DNA of 64,000 nucleotides from a virus (lineage: Duplodnaviria; Caudoviricetes), in IMG/VR virus record IMGVR_UViG_3300037067_011302, positions 1 to 64,000 of that record. One strand, given 5' to 3'. Below, piece after piece: positions 53,768 through 64,000 of the stretch; position 1 is the first letter of the stretch, and each line of letters opens with the position of its first letter. The notes beneath the pieces are model-generated. The model searched no databases. It had not been told where the DNA came from and saw only the letters and a program-made list of their open reading frames with translations. The translations under genes and the position numbers were made by a program.

Positions 53768-56700
53768 TCACAAGGAGGTCGCTGAATTACCAACCACGAA
53801 GTCCAGCGATGCGTACTCAAGTGCCTTGAGCGGCTTCACAAAGATCTTTCCACGGATCGTGTTGTTCTCAACGTCAGCCTGAGTCGTCGTCGAAGAATCG
53901 ATCATGATCTTGTACCTCTCGAGCCCCGACAACGCCTGAACCCTCTGCAACCTCGGTGTGACGGCCGCGGAGAACTTCGCCAGTGTCGTTTCCCTATTCT
54001 GCTCGAACATGATCGTGTCTGCGATCTCTCTGACCTGTCGACGAATGTCGATCATGAGTCGCCTGACGTTGACGCGGTCGAGCGACGAAGCGGCAGCCTG
54101 GAGCGTCTTCTGCCCCCACACCATCACGCCACCCTTCGGCGCAGTTCCAGACGACGGAGCGCCAGGGAATGCAATAAGCGGATTGATGTTTGCGTCGTAC
54201 AACACGTCCATGTTGTTCTTGGAAAGTTGCACCCGAGCTTCGAGGGTCGTCGACAGAGCACCTCGAGTGAAACCGGCAGGTGCAAACCAAGGATATCCAA
54301 CCGCATCATTCAAGGCCAGTGCTCCGAGGACAACGACCGACGGAGGAACGAACAGGTTGGTGTCCGTGTTTGGATCGGTGATGCTGACGTCAGGGAAGTA
54401 TGCAGCCGCGAATGACGTATCGAGCGAACGATCAGTCAGTTTCGTTGCCGTCAATTGGACGGCTGGGAACTGTGAATCAGCGGTGACATTCTCCTCATCG
54501 TTATCGACCTGTTCGATGTCCATGACGTACATGGCATCAAACCTCTCCTCGACGGCATCGATTGCAGCGTCTGTCACGATCGGATGCCTAATGCCAGGAA
54601 TCGCGAGCAGCTGAATGTCAACGTTCACGACGTTCTTCATCACCTCGATTGCCTTCAGGTACGCCCTGACGTTTGGACCGTTGTTGTACAGGCGATCTGC
54701 ATCGTTCATGTCAGCAACGACTGCGTTGTCATTGATGTTTGTTTCATCCTCATTGAAGAGGTTCGTTCCGTCAAATCCACCCTGCATGAACGCCGTGAAC
54801 TTAACGAATCGCCTGTTCGCTTGAGTGATGTCATCGACCGAGAACCTTCTTGACTTTGCCGTCTCGTCAGCCGAGATGACGCCGTTCCGGACGTACGTTG
54901 CCTGATCCCATTCCTGAGGATCGGCGAGCGTCGTCGATGAGGTGACCACGGACAGGTTCTCGAGGGTGAACATGTTGCGACAGAACTTGTCAGAATCAAT
55001 GATTCCATTCTCCGCAGACTCGGCTGTCCCGGCGTTGTCACCGGCCGCAAATCCCATGTTGGTGACCGCAAATTCAGGGAAGTACTTTGCGTACGATTCG
55101 AGCGACTCATTCTTGAGAGTGCTGGCGTTCTTTGTCGTCAACGACGTGACGTGCTCAAACTGCGTTCCCCAATATAGGAGAGGATTGACGAGCACCTTCA
55201 CGCCTGATCCCTGTGTGATATTCTCGCGGAATGGAACGGGCGGCTCGACTGCACGCTTGTACGCAGTCGGAACGATCAATTGTTGCGTCGTCGAACCACT
55301 GACGGGAACGAAGCTCGTCATTGGAAGCGAACCAGACGTCACAATGTGATAGGGACCTCGGAATCCAACAGGAAGTGCGGTGGGATCGACGGTCTCATTC
55401 TCAATTCCGGAGTCGACCTCGATGCGAATGAGGTTTGACTTATTCTCGTAGTTTCCCTCGACCACGAGCTTCTGTGCAGACTCCGTGCGATCGAAGTCAT
55501 AGAATGCGTGAACGTCGCCGATGATCTTTGAGATGTAGCGATCTGACGAAGGATCGAGGCTAAGACCTCTCCACTTTTCGAGCGCAACTTGATTGACGTC
55601 GTTATCGTTCCAATCTCGAACGATCAGATCAAACGTTCCGTACTTGTACGTATCGTCAGACGAAGGCGCGAGGTTCTCGATCGACAACTTATAGTTCGTA
55701 GAGATTCCGGAACCAGCATCGAGAGCATGGACCCTAAACAGGTTGACCGGATTTCCACCGAATTTCTGTGAAATGAACCACGGCGATCGAGCGTGCGAAA
55801 AGCGATCAACGAACGTCTCGTAGTTAGGAACGTATGCAGTTCCAACATTGCGAGCACACGAACCAGTTGTGATGAACGCAGCGGCTTCAGCTCCTGACTT
55901 GAACGCCGTCGATGCACCTGCACCGCTGAGGTTATCAACAATTCCTGTTCCGGTCACGACCGCCGTCGTCGGGTGAATGTCCCAGTGAGCGTACAGGTAG
56001 TGTCCGGCCTTCTGACAGAGCAACGGATCGGTGTTGAATACGTTCGCAAAGTAGTTCGGCGAAGTGTAGTCAAACGATGCAGTGAGCACGTTCGGATACA
56101 ACGAGTCGAGGCCCTGATGGCCATTCAGGAGCATCACAAACTCCTCCTTGGCGACGGTACCGTCCAACAACACGACCGCACCCTCGACCGCACCGTGGGC
56201 TGTGGTGGTGGTTGCAATGAGTGTCGACGGAGGAGGAGTGTTGTCGCCCTCACGAGAGTTCGACAACGTGAGGATGACGCCTGACGGTGCCATCAATACG
56301 CCACGAACGATCGGAATAGACGATGTGATTCCAGGCGTGATGCCCCCGGCACCCTGTAATCCTGCATCACTAAAGATCGTTGAACCCAAAGATTCAGACA
56401 TCAGTGCACAGAGAAAGTACGTCCGACCGAGAACGCTGTTGCTGCCTGAGTTTGCGTACTCATTGCCGAACAACGCTCCATCGCTCGCACGAGGTTGATC
56501 CTCACCGACGGTGAAGCCGGCGCTCGTGACGCTGCCATCTGCGTTGCGCTTGAGGCCATTTCCGACGCCGAGCACTCTGATGAATGTTGCGGCACCAGCA
56601 TTGCGTAGCCACTCTCTGACGGCCAACGGTCCGAACTTCTTTCCATCCGACAGCCCAAACTTCGAGTAAAAATCGTCGACGATGCCGACGGTGATCGGAA

Positions 56701-56830
56701 CGAATGCCGGTCCCTGTAACGACGTACCGATGACGCCCGCCGGAACGCCTACCGGTTCCTGAACTACCGGACCGGAGATGTCAATCTCACGCGCTGTCAC
56801 GCCCGGCGAACCAAATTTCATCTGCGCCAT
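53768..56830 (-). CDS. Tail sheath protein 1
   Basis: SPGVTAREID, GPAFVP, PWFAPAGFTRG, INP, WGQKTLQ, LDRVNVRRL. Confidence 0.92.
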   Translation of the reverse strand: MAQMKFGSPGVTAREIDISGPVVQEPVGVPAGVIGTSLQGPAFVPITVGIVDDFYSKFGLSDGKKFGPLAVREWLRNAGAATFIRVLGVGNGLKRNADGSVTSAGFTVGEDQPRASDGALFGNEYANSGSNSVLGRTYFLCALMSESLGSTIFSDAGLQGAGGITPGITSSIPIVRGVLMAPSGVILTLSNSREGDNTPPPSTLIATTTTAHGAVEGAVVLLDGTVAKEEFVMLLNGHQGLDSLYPNVLTASFDYTSPNYFANVFNTDPLLCQKAGHYLYAHWDIHPTTAVVTGTGIVDNLSGAGASTAFKSGAEAAAFITTGSCARNVGTAYVPNYETFVDRFSHARSPWFISQKFGGNPVNLFRVHALDAGSGISTNYKLSIENLAPSSDDTYKYGTFDLIVRDWNDNDVNQVALEKWRGLSLDPSSDRYISKIIGDVHAFYDFDRTESAQKLVVEGNYENKSNLIRIEVDSGIENETVDPTALPVGFRGPYHIVTSGSLPMTSFVPVSGSTTQQLIVPTAYKRAVEPPVPFRENITQGSGVKVLVNPLLYWGTQFEHVTSLTTKNASTLKNESLESYAKYFPEFAVTNMGFAAGDNAGTAESAENGIIDSDKFCRNMFTLENLSVVTSSTTLADPQEWDQATYVRNGVISADETAKSRRFSVDDITQANRRFVKFTAFMQGGFDGTNLFNEDETNINDNAVVADMNDADRLYNNGPNVRAYLKAIEVMKNVVNVDIQLLAIPGIRHPIVTDAAIDAVEERFDAMYVMDIEQVDNDEENVTADSQFPAVQLTATKLTDRSLDTSFAAAYFPDVSITDPNTDTNLFVPPSVVVLGALALNDAVGYPWFAPAGFTRGALSTTLEARVQLSKNNMDVLYDANINPLIAFPGAPSSGTAPKGGVMVWGQKTLQAAASSLDRVNVRRLMIDIRRQVREIADTIMFEQNRETTLAKFSAAVTPRLQRVQALSGLERYKIMIDSSTTTQADVENNTIRGKIFVKPLKALEYASLDFVVGNSATSL

Positions 56831-56941
56831 TGTTTAACCTCTGACGTGTAAGTATCGTTGTCATGGTGAACACGCAGCGTGAAATGCACATCGGCGCAGC
56901 ACCACTTGGCACCGCGCCGACTTTTATCGTATGATCGTCGA

Positions 56942-59900
56942 TCAGACGAACATGACGTTGTTGTTGGTGATGATGAAATCTACGGCGATGTTCTCAATCG
57001 TCTTCGTCGGAATGACAACGATCCTACCGTTCATCCTGTTCAACTGCACGTCCTCGGCCGTGTTGTTCGTCTCATTGCAGATGACCTTGCACCTCTCGAT
57101 TCCCTGTTGGCTCTGGATCAGTGCCAGTTGAATGACGACGTCGGCAACAAACTTATTTCGTAGCGCCGGCGTGATGTTGTCGAACATCTCCTTTCTGACG
57201 ATGTCAACAACGATCCTCTTCACCTCAAGCATGAGGCGACGAACGTTGACGCGGTCGAGCGATGACTTCGCAATCTGCAACGTCTTCTGTCCGTAGATGA
57301 CGTACTTGAGACGTGGGAACGTTGCAATCGGGTTGATTCGACTGTCGTACAACCTGTCACGGTCACTGACGTTCAGTCTCACGTCAACGTTCGTGACAAA
57401 GTCAAGCGACGCGCGGTTGAATCCTGCCGGAGCGTACCACGGGTACTTGACGCGATCGTTGAATCCAATGGCACCGATCGCCGCAATGGACGCCGGCACC
57501 TTCACCCTGCGTTTGTTTGTCAGGTCGTCAATGTAGACGCTCGGGAAGTACGTGCCGGCGTAATTGTTGTCAATCGCTCGTGTGTCCAACTGTGCAGCGG
57601 TCTGATCAACGTTCGGCCTGGCGGTTGAATCATCGTACAGTCGACCTGAATCATCGTCGTACGATGGAATGTCCATGATGTAGTACGCCAAGCCGTAGTC
57701 CTTTGTCTTGCTCATCGCATAGTCGGTCAGGAACGTCTCCCTGATTCCAGGAATCAGAATGACATTGTGATTGACGATCATTCCGTCGGTCATGATGTCG
57801 ATCGCCGTCTTGTAGGAGATGACGTTCGAGTTCGCCTGTCCCGCACCGTTCATGTTCGACAACATTCCCGGAGATACGTAATTCGCCTCAGCACCGCCGC
57901 CAGTGTCGAATGACGTTGACTTGTCGTTCATGCGCCGAGCATTGAGATCGAGGAAGTTCAATCCGTCGAATCCACCTCCCATGAACGTGACGAACTTTGC
58001 GTATTGCGCAAACTTGTTAAAATTTGCCGCCGTATCATTCGCGAGGATCGTTGCAAACGTGACGCGCTTTCCGAGAGCGTCGGTGATCGTGTAGTTCGTT
58101 CCGTCGACGACACCGTCGCGGATGTACGCCGCCTCACGCATGTGTTCCTTCAACGTTCCTGTCAGCGACGTGAGAGAGACCGCCGACAGAGCAACCTTCG
58201 ACAGAGAAAACTTGTTGTTGTTGAACGTGTCAGCACCTGAACCGGTGACGAGAGCATCGAGCTTCTTGATGCCGACGAACTTCGTGTACGCGTCAACGAT
58301 TGCATTCTTCTCTGATTCAATGTTCGTGTTGAGAGGAGTAGTGCAACGCTCGAACTTGACGCCCCAATAGAACTGGCTGCTCGCCATTTCATTTTGGCCC
58401 GGTTGACCGTCCCAAGTCGTCGACGACGGAATCGCTCCCTTCGTGATCTTGTAACGGAATGGAATCGGAGGAACGATCGCTCCAGACAACGTCAACTGCG
58501 TATCAACGCCCAGGCAACCACCGAAGCGAGAGAGTGCGGCGGTCGTTGGGACTGTGTCATTCAGCGAATCGTTCGTCTTGATCGTTTCAATTCCCTTGAA
58601 GCCGAAAGGCAATGACCTGGCAGGAATCGTTGCCTTTTCGACCGCGGTCGTGGGCAGCACGCGGACAAGCTTCGACATGTTCTTGTACTTTCCACTCATG
58701 ACGATGCGACGTTCATTTTCATCGACGGCATCAAAGTTGAACGTGACCTTACGATCACCGATCAATTTTGCGATGTACGTGTCAGAATTCGGATCCAACG
58801 AACAATTGTGAAACTCCTCGAGCGGCGTAGGATTGAGGTCATTGTCATTCCAGTCCCTGATCTGGACTGTGAACGTGCCGTACGGGTATGAATCATCAAG
58901 CGACGCCTTGAGGTTCTTGATCGCGATCTTGTACAACTTGTTGGCGTACTCGCCATCGTCGAGCGCCTCAAATTTGAACAGTTCGTACTCAGTTGTGCCG
59001 AAAGGTTGTGAGATGAACATCGGCGAAGCAGGCGTCGTGTATCGAGTGTTATAGGCGCCGAACACTTTCCTGAAAGGCAACGTTGTGTCGCCTGACACAC
59101 TCGACGTTGACGCAGAACCTGACAACACGCCGACGACTGTCGGAGTCGCCAACTCATCATCAACCGCAAAGTCAGCGTGCAGATAGTGCATGTCCTGAAC
59201 GAATCGATCAGGATCTCTTTTCAGCACCTTACCGATGTAGTCAGCACTGGTCGGATCAAGCGATGCCGTCATGATCCTAATTCCAGGATTGTTGTCAGTA
59301 TTGTAGTAGGCGTTACCGAGCGTTGACGAGATGACTAGTTTGAACTTTCCACCGACGAGCGTTGCACCGTCGTCCGGACCGTCTGCAGTGAACGCACCGA
59401 CAGCCGACTCATTTCCGTCCAAAACCATCAACCTAGCGCCCGTGGCGACCATGACGATGCCCCTGACGAGCTGTGCAGTCGTTGCGCCGTACGACGTATT
59501 GTCGGTGAACATCGGCATGCCGTACGCCTCTGACGTCTGAAGCGTGTGCTTTGCAACGATGAACTGCACGGCACCGTCGTGACGTCCACGAGAGTCATGT
59601 GTCGCGAGCGCACCGATCATCGAAAATCCTGCATTTGTCACCGTTCCCTTCAACGATGTCGTTGACATGTCAGTGACCGTGACATTTCCACCAGCACCCA
59701 ACACACGCATGTACGTCAGTGCAGAACGATTCTTCAAGAATTCATTGACAGCGTACGGTCCAAACATCTTCGTGTCTAGGCCGCCGAATATGCTGACGAA
59801 TTCATCGTAATTTGCCAACGTCACCGGCACAAATGCTGGACCCTTCCTTGACGTACCGATAACGCCAGCCGGAATTCCGGATGGCACTACGGCAACCGGT

Positions 59901-59962
59901 GCCGACAGATCAACTTCACGATCGTAAAAATTTGGTGAACGAAATGTTTGCTCTTGTGCCAT
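56942..59962 (-). CDS. Tail sheath protein 2
   Basis: SPNFYDREVD, KGPAFVP, PWYAPAGFNR, INPI, YGQKTLQ, LDRVNVRRL. Confidence 0.92.
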   Translation of the reverse strand: MAQEQTFRSPNFYDREVDLSAPVAVVPSGIPAGVIGTSRKGPAFVPVTLANYDEFVSIFGGLDTKMFGPYAVNEFLKNRSALTYMRVLGAGGNVTVTDMSTTSLKGTVTNAGFSMIGALATHDSRGRHDGAVQFIVAKHTLQTSEAYGMPMFTDNTSYGATTAQLVRGIVMVATGARLMVLDGNESAVGAFTADGPDDGATLVGGKFKLVISSTLGNAYYNTDNNPGIRIMTASLDPTSADYIGKVLKRDPDRFVQDMHYLHADFAVDDELATPTVVGVLSGSASTSSVSGDTTLPFRKVFGAYNTRYTTPASPMFISQPFGTTEYELFKFEALDDGEYANKLYKIAIKNLKASLDDSYPYGTFTVQIRDWNDNDLNPTPLEEFHNCSLDPNSDTYIAKLIGDRKVTFNFDAVDENERRIVMSGKYKNMSKLVRVLPTTAVEKATIPARSLPFGFKGIETIKTNDSLNDTVPTTAALSRFGGCLGVDTQLTLSGAIVPPIPFRYKITKGAIPSSTTWDGQPGQNEMASSQFYWGVKFERCTTPLNTNIESEKNAIVDAYTKFVGIKKLDALVTGSGADTFNNNKFSLSKVALSAVSLTSLTGTLKEHMREAAYIRDGVVDGTNYTITDALGKRVTFATILANDTAANFNKFAQYAKFVTFMGGGFDGLNFLDLNARRMNDKSTSFDTGGGAEANYVSPGMLSNMNGAGQANSNVISYKTAIDIMTDGMIVNHNVILIPGIRETFLTDYAMSKTKDYGLAYYIMDIPSYDDDSGRLYDDSTARPNVDQTAAQLDTRAIDNNYAGTYFPSVYIDDLTNKRRVKVPASIAAIGAIGFNDRVKYPWYAPAGFNRASLDFVTNVDVRLNVSDRDRLYDSRINPIATFPRLKYVIYGQKTLQIAKSSLDRVNVRRLMLEVKRIVVDIVRKEMFDNITPALRNKFVADVVIQLALIQSQQGIERCKVICNETNNTAEDVQLNRMNGRIVVIPTKTIENIAVDFIITNNNVMFV

Positions 59963-60011
59963 TTTATGCTCCTACAACTGCGCTAGTCAGCATAAGTATG
60001 GCGTGCGTGAG

Positions 60012-61325
60012 TCACACTTCAGCATCGTCTTCGACGGTCAGAAGTTGCAGATCACCCAAATCAACATCAGACGAATACACAGTCTCTCCGACGTATGAAT
60101 TCATCGACGCAATACGTATGTACTTCGTCGTCTTTTTTCCTGACGAATCTGTCCTGACGATCTTCTTGTATCGCTTAAGACTGTGTCCTCGAGGAACGTT
60201 TGCCCTCGCAGGATCGTGTTGAGCAACAACACCTCGAGACGGATACAATTGAGTCTCTCCAACGCTTCGTCCATCACGACGTAACGTTGAACCGGCAACT
60301 GGAAGCGTCGGATCGTCAGAACCTATGAATGGTTCCTCCACATACCCATCGATCTTTCCCTCTCCGGTGTCGCCGGTTGAAATGTCAAACGTGATGAACG
60401 GAGCCGAAACGCTTCGCTTCAACGGAACAGGCGCACCGGGCACTGACGTTGCAAGTATGTACGATGGAACTTTCACGACAAATTTTGTCATGATCGTTCG
60501 TTCGTCCGTTGACATGTCGTCTGCGTTGTTCTCTGCATTGAACGAATTATCCTCAACGCTCGCTATGAACCAATATCCCTTCTTGGTGTCTAACCTCCAC
60601 GAATTACCTTGTGGGAGGAATGATGAAATTAACTGCTCGATCACCTGATTCATGTGCAGCAATTTTTGCGTCCACACGGTCACCTCATACGTTGCCGTGT
60701 AAAATTGTGGTGTTGGAATTGAGATCGTCTCATACACGTTTCTTCTACGATCGAGCAACAACAATCCGCCGTCCTCAACCGTCGGATCTTCTGATAGATC
60801 TCCTATTGTACGAGACGTCGTCAATTGAGATTGATCGCCCTCACCCTCAGAGACTGCCAAGTTCGATTGATGAGGAATCAACGTCCTGTTGATCAAATTT
60901 TGATACGTTCGATCGCTCGATGACAATCGTCTCCTGATTACAAACTCTCCGGTCTGTTGATTGATTCCTCTACCTGCAATGTCCTGCACGGGATCCTGAA
61001 CGACAGACGTCCTTATCATCGTGATCAACGGAAGGATCAGTGAACCATTCCTATCACGCAGTGCCCTGTTGTTCTTGATCATCGACCAACGTTCGCCACA
61101 CGCAAACATCACGGGAACGTTCACATTCGACTTTCCGTCGCCTCCAACCTGTGGCCTGATTTCCTTGTCGAATAAATTGAACAGTGCCTCGTCAACGTCC
61201 TCAAGACCGATGCACGGAACTGTCAAGTTACCTGCACTGATGCCGTCGTATCCAGAAGACAACCCAGGAACGTTGAACCTTGAACTGCTTCTCGAATTAA
61301 ATCGTGTCGCCATTCGCACCCTCAC
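60012..61325 (-). CDS. Probable tail terminator/completion protein (gp15-like)
   Basis: GERW, LPLI...R, P.P.....YEVTVWT...MNQVIE; lies between neck and sheath genes. Confidence 0.6.
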   Translation of the reverse strand: MRVRMATRFNSRSSSRFNVPGLSSGYDGISAGNLTVPCIGLEDVDEALFNLFDKEIRPQVGGDGKSNVNVPVMFACGERWSMIKNNRALRDRNGSLILPLITMIRTSVVQDPVQDIAGRGINQQTGEFVIRRRLSSSDRTYQNLINRTLIPHQSNLAVSEGEGDQSQLTTSRTIGDLSEDPTVEDGGLLLLDRRRNVYETISIPTPQFYTATYEVTVWTQKLLHMNQVIEQLISSFLPQGNSWRLDTKKGYWFIASVEDNSFNAENNADDMSTDERTIMTKFVVKVPSYILATSVPGAPVPLKRSVSAPFITFDISTGDTGEGKIDGYVEEPFIGSDDPTLPVAGSTLRRDGRSVGETQLYPSRGVVAQHDPARANVPRGHSLKRYKKIVRTDSSGKKTTKYIRIASMNSYVGETVYSSDVDLGDLQLLTVEDDAEV

Positions 61326-61996
61326 TCATCGTAGAAGCCGGGACTTGCTGTTGAGTTATCTTCACCAGTGCCCTTTTCTGACACTTCACGTTGACCAGTC
61401 AATGGTGCATCCAACACGTTCTCCTTTATCAGGTCACGGACGTCGCCGGTAGGACCTGACGAATTGCTCGCAAGTCCTCTCTGTTGTTCAAACTTCTTCT
61501 GCACCGCATCATCATCTGTGTACTTGATGTCGGTTGGACCCTTCAATTGTGCCTTAAATTGACTGTCACGTGCCTTCATTCCTGTCAACTTCACACCGCG
61601 TCGATGTTCAGGAAGGCCGAAGATGTTTCCAACGTACACGAGGTCAGTCACCTCATAGAAGATGTCGCTGAACGAAAAGAAATCACCGATGCACGCCTTA
61701 ATTCCCTTGTCGACCATGTCACGGTACTGAACGAATACCTCAATCTTGAACCTCGCATCAGGACCAAATGCCTGCGTCTTTGTCTCATCCTGAAAGTGCG
61801 AATCAACGATGCAATCAAGGACAATCGGATTGTCGTACACGTGTTCCATCGCTTCATTGTACACGCCGTGAACTCGAGTCTTCAACTCTGAGATCGGATA
61901 GTACGTGATGAAGAACCCGCCGACGTCCTTCACGAGTTCCTTCGTGACATCGCTGATGAAATTTAGGTCTCGTGGAGTGACAAACAGTCGTGACAT
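61322..61996 (-). CDS. Probable neck/head-completion protein (gp14-like)
   Basis: VYNEA, IGDFF....FYEV; position. Confidence 0.6.
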   Translation of the reverse strand: MSRLFVTPRDLNFISDVTKELVKDVGGFFITYYPISELKTRVHGVYNEAMEHVYDNPIVLDCIVDSHFQDETKTQAFGPDARFKIEVFVQYRDMVDKGIKACIGDFFSFSDIFYEVTDLVYVGNIFGLPEHRRGVKLTGMKARDSQFKAQLKGPTDIKYTDDDAVQKKFEQQRGLASNSSGPTGDVRDLIKENVLDAPLTGQREVSEKGTGEDNSTASPGFYDE

Positions 61997-62032
61997 CGTG
62001 TTGAAACTAAGTATGATACAGACGACACGATG

Positions 62033-63235
62033 TCACCCGATGATGAGCGCCTTCGGGAATGGAACATAACGAAGTTGCTTCTGCATGTTCTCGGCCAACG
62101 TTGCCTGCTGTTCCATCAACGCATTGTGCGTCAACTTTTGCAACCACTCCTTGATCTGATCACGTAGGCGCGTTTGATCTTCTCTTCCTTCCGACCTCAG
62201 CGCATCACCGTTCAACGTCAATTCTGAATTTGGAATTGGAATTGATTGGTACTTTGAACGCACGAGTCCCAATAGTTCCTTACACAAAGCAAGACAATAT
62301 TGCCTGATCCACTGTCGACCAGGCTGCGTGATTGACGAGAACGGAATGTTCGACACTGGAAAATTGTTCGGTCCTGAAATGCCGTACAACGTTGAGTCGG
62401 CAGCCGATCCTGACATCAATCCTCCGCCGATCGCCGTGGGATCAACCGGATTTGTCGGGGACGTTCGCACCCGCAGGAACAACTTTCCCAACTGAATTGC
62501 AGTCGAAGGAACGGGAAAAATCTTCAAGTTGCTGCCGAATATGCCATAGCTATAGTTCGACCTACGCACTCTGAATGCAGTCTCCAACATTCCTCTTCGA
62601 AGGATGTCCTCAAACACAGGTAGCACATAGAAGACCGTGCTGTTGACGTAGCTCTCATAGTTGAAGTTAGTCGCAAGGAAGTTTGTGATGTTTGAAGCAT
62701 TCAAGAGAAAGTGCTGTGCCGCGAGCGGCTCAAAGTGAAACACCTCCATGATTCGCATTGCACTGCGCGAGCCCGATGGAACTGTCTGCCAAAGGTTGGT
62801 TCCACTCACTAGATGCTTGACGTCTGCATAGATGTTGTAATCTTGTTGTCCAGCGACGAGGTCGATGTAACCCATCTGAGCGTCGTACTGACCTCCGACG
62901 AACGCCTCGCCCGCGTAAGGCTCTGCCTGCCTGATCAGGTACTCTAATGATTGACGTGGATAGACGTTGGTTAGGTTCGTCGATCCTGTCGGAAGTCCAA
63001 GCACGTTGACGAGTTCGGATTGAATCTTAAGCTCATGAATCAAGCGACTGTATTCACAGACAGCTTCCTCAAAGCACGCCCAAATCTGCTTCTTGGTACA
63101 CTCAACGCTCAGGACGTCGTCGCCGAGCTTCCTTTTCACGTACGTCACCATGCCGTCGGCCTCAACCTGGAATGTGGCGTCGTCATCAAAGAATGAGAAC
63201 GGCGTTGGATTCGGCGTCTGTACGAATGTCGGCAT
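62033..63235 (-). CDS. Probable neck/adaptor protein (gp13-like)
   Basis: Start ATG 63235; KRKLG...VE, WIRQYCLALCKELLG.VRSKY, TLNG..L..EG. Confidence 0.72.
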   Translation of the reverse strand: MPTFVQTPNPTPFSFFDDDATFQVEADGMVTYVKRKLGDDVLSVECTKKQIWACFEEAVCEYSRLIHELKIQSELVNVLGLPTGSTNLTNVYPRQSLEYLIRQAEPYAGEAFVGGQYDAQMGYIDLVAGQQDYNIYADVKHLVSGTNLWQTVPSGSRSAMRIMEVFHFEPLAAQHFLLNASNITNFLATNFNYESYVNSTVFYVLPVFEDILRRGMLETAFRVRRSNYSYGIFGSNLKIFPVPSTAIQLGKLFLRVRTSPTNPVDPTAIGGGLMSGSAADSTLYGISGPNNFPVSNIPFSSITQPGRQWIRQYCLALCKELLGLVRSKYQSIPIPNSELTLNGDALRSEGREDQTRLRDQIKEWLQKLTHNALMEQQATLAENMQKQLRYVPFPKALIIG

Positions 63236-63261
63236 GACACTAAGTATGCGCCGCGCGCAGG

Positions 63262-63465
63262 ATGGTATACGATGATCACATGACCGCGACAATTGAAAAG
63301 ATCATTGAGGACATTGACCGCTTGAACGTTGAGATCAACGAAGCGCGTGCCGAAGGAAAAATTGAACTCATCAGAGCACTAGAGGGACAGCGTAACACGT
63401 TGGAAAAGTGCCTGAAGACGTTCAACCGTGTTCTCAGCGAAAACATAAACGTCTTGAAAGGATGA
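63262..63465 (+). CDS. Small coiled-coil protein
   Basis: Heptad pattern; start may be ATG 63280. Confidence 0.55.
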   Translation: MVYDDHMTATIEKIIEDIDRLNVEINEARAEGKIELIRALEGQRNTLEKCLKTFNRVLSENINVLKG

Positions 63466-63466
63466 C

Positions 63467-63688
63467 ATGACACAAAGAGTGAACCTATATCAACCAATCG
63501 CAGCTGACCGTGCCGGACCGCCGCCTCTCACGATCCGTGCAATCGTGATACCGAACGTCGATTACACGATTGGAGGAACGATCGGATCGACTGAGCGTGC
63601 AGAGACCTACGTGCTCTTGTCGGCACTTCCAGACGAAATACGATCACGTGTGATCACGGCCGTCCAAGCGTTGATCAGTTCAATGTGA
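63467..63688 (+). CDS. Hypothetical protein
   Basis: 73 aa with AAGGA RBS. Confidence 0.55.
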   Translation: MTQRVNLYQPIAADRAGPPPLTIRAIVIPNVDYTIGGTIGSTERAETYVLLSALPDEIRSRVITAVQALISSM

Positions 63689-63718
63689 CGTGTCCAGAAC
63701 ACGCTTCCTATTTAGAGC

Positions 63719-64000
63719 GTGCAGACACTTAGAAAAGGAGCAACAGGGGCAGAAGTCAAGTCGTGGCAGCTCTTCTTGAGGGGTAGCGTTCCTAACAGCG
63801 AGATGATCGTCGACGGCATGTTCAACGACGCAACGTTGATTGAGACGATCGCGTTCCAGAGTGCACATGGATTAAAGCCAGACGGCGTCGTCGGACCATT
63901 GACGTTCGCCACGGCAATGTCACTTGGCTTTGACCCAACACGTGATGACAGCGGCGACGAGAACGGTCCCAATTGGCCCCCGAAGCCTGATTGTTGGCCC
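63719..64000 (+). CDS. Peptidoglycan-binding-domain protein (endolysin-like), truncated by window end
   Basis: Not in the ORF track. Manual translation from GTG 63719: LRKGATGAEVKSWQLFL...VDGMFNDAT...AFQSAHGLKPDGVVGPLT. Confidence 0.85.
   Translation, partial: MQTLRKGATGAEVKSWQLFLRGSVPNSEMIVDGMFNDATLIETIAFQSAHGLKPDGVVGPLTFATAMSLGFDPTRDDSGDENGPNWPPKPDCWP

Noticed and set aside
56890-56925. Hairpin between the sheath genes as a novel RNA
   Set aside because: A short TCGGCGC/GCGCCGA stem, adequately explained as a terminator or stability element.
1-64000. Stop-codon reassignment
   Set aside because: Long genes are intact in the standard code and genes end with TAA, TAG and TGA. Reading through the dnaE TAG at 984 adds only a few residues.

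Overview
This window looks like 64 kb of a large (jumbo-type) myovirus genome, read in the standard genetic code and mostly on the minus strand. Left to right: a solo TnpB; a DnaE (Pol III alpha) fractured by a split intein with a free-standing endonuclease between the halves; an accessory block (UDP-glucuronate decarboxylase, Dps-like, HNH, nucleotidyltransferase, metallophosphoesterase, nucleotidase, Hsp20); nucleotide-metabolism and replication genes (MT-A70, Tmk, ThyX, NrdJ, a second fractured gene dnaB, 5'-3' exonuclease, dUTPase, RecA, gp32-like SSB, minimal PolA); and a tail/neck module (baseplate, tape measure, tube, two sheaths, neck) ending in a peptidoglycan-binding protein. Most notable: (1) two tandem circularly permuted, anticodon-less tRNA mimics (YrlA/Y-RNA-like) directly behind an uncharacterised protein, with no Ro60 in the window; (2) two small paralogues each ending in a different major-capsid-like peptide, one matching the T4 Gol region; (3) an atypically split DnaB intein whose tail resembles a nucleophile-less Hint-like tail on DnaE; (4) a TAYTTA leaderless late promoter plus a shared N-terminal leader peptide on likely capsid-cargo proteins; (5) paralogue arrays bounded by exact copies of a neighbouring gene's 3' end. 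All family calls come from motif recognition by eye; no searches were run.
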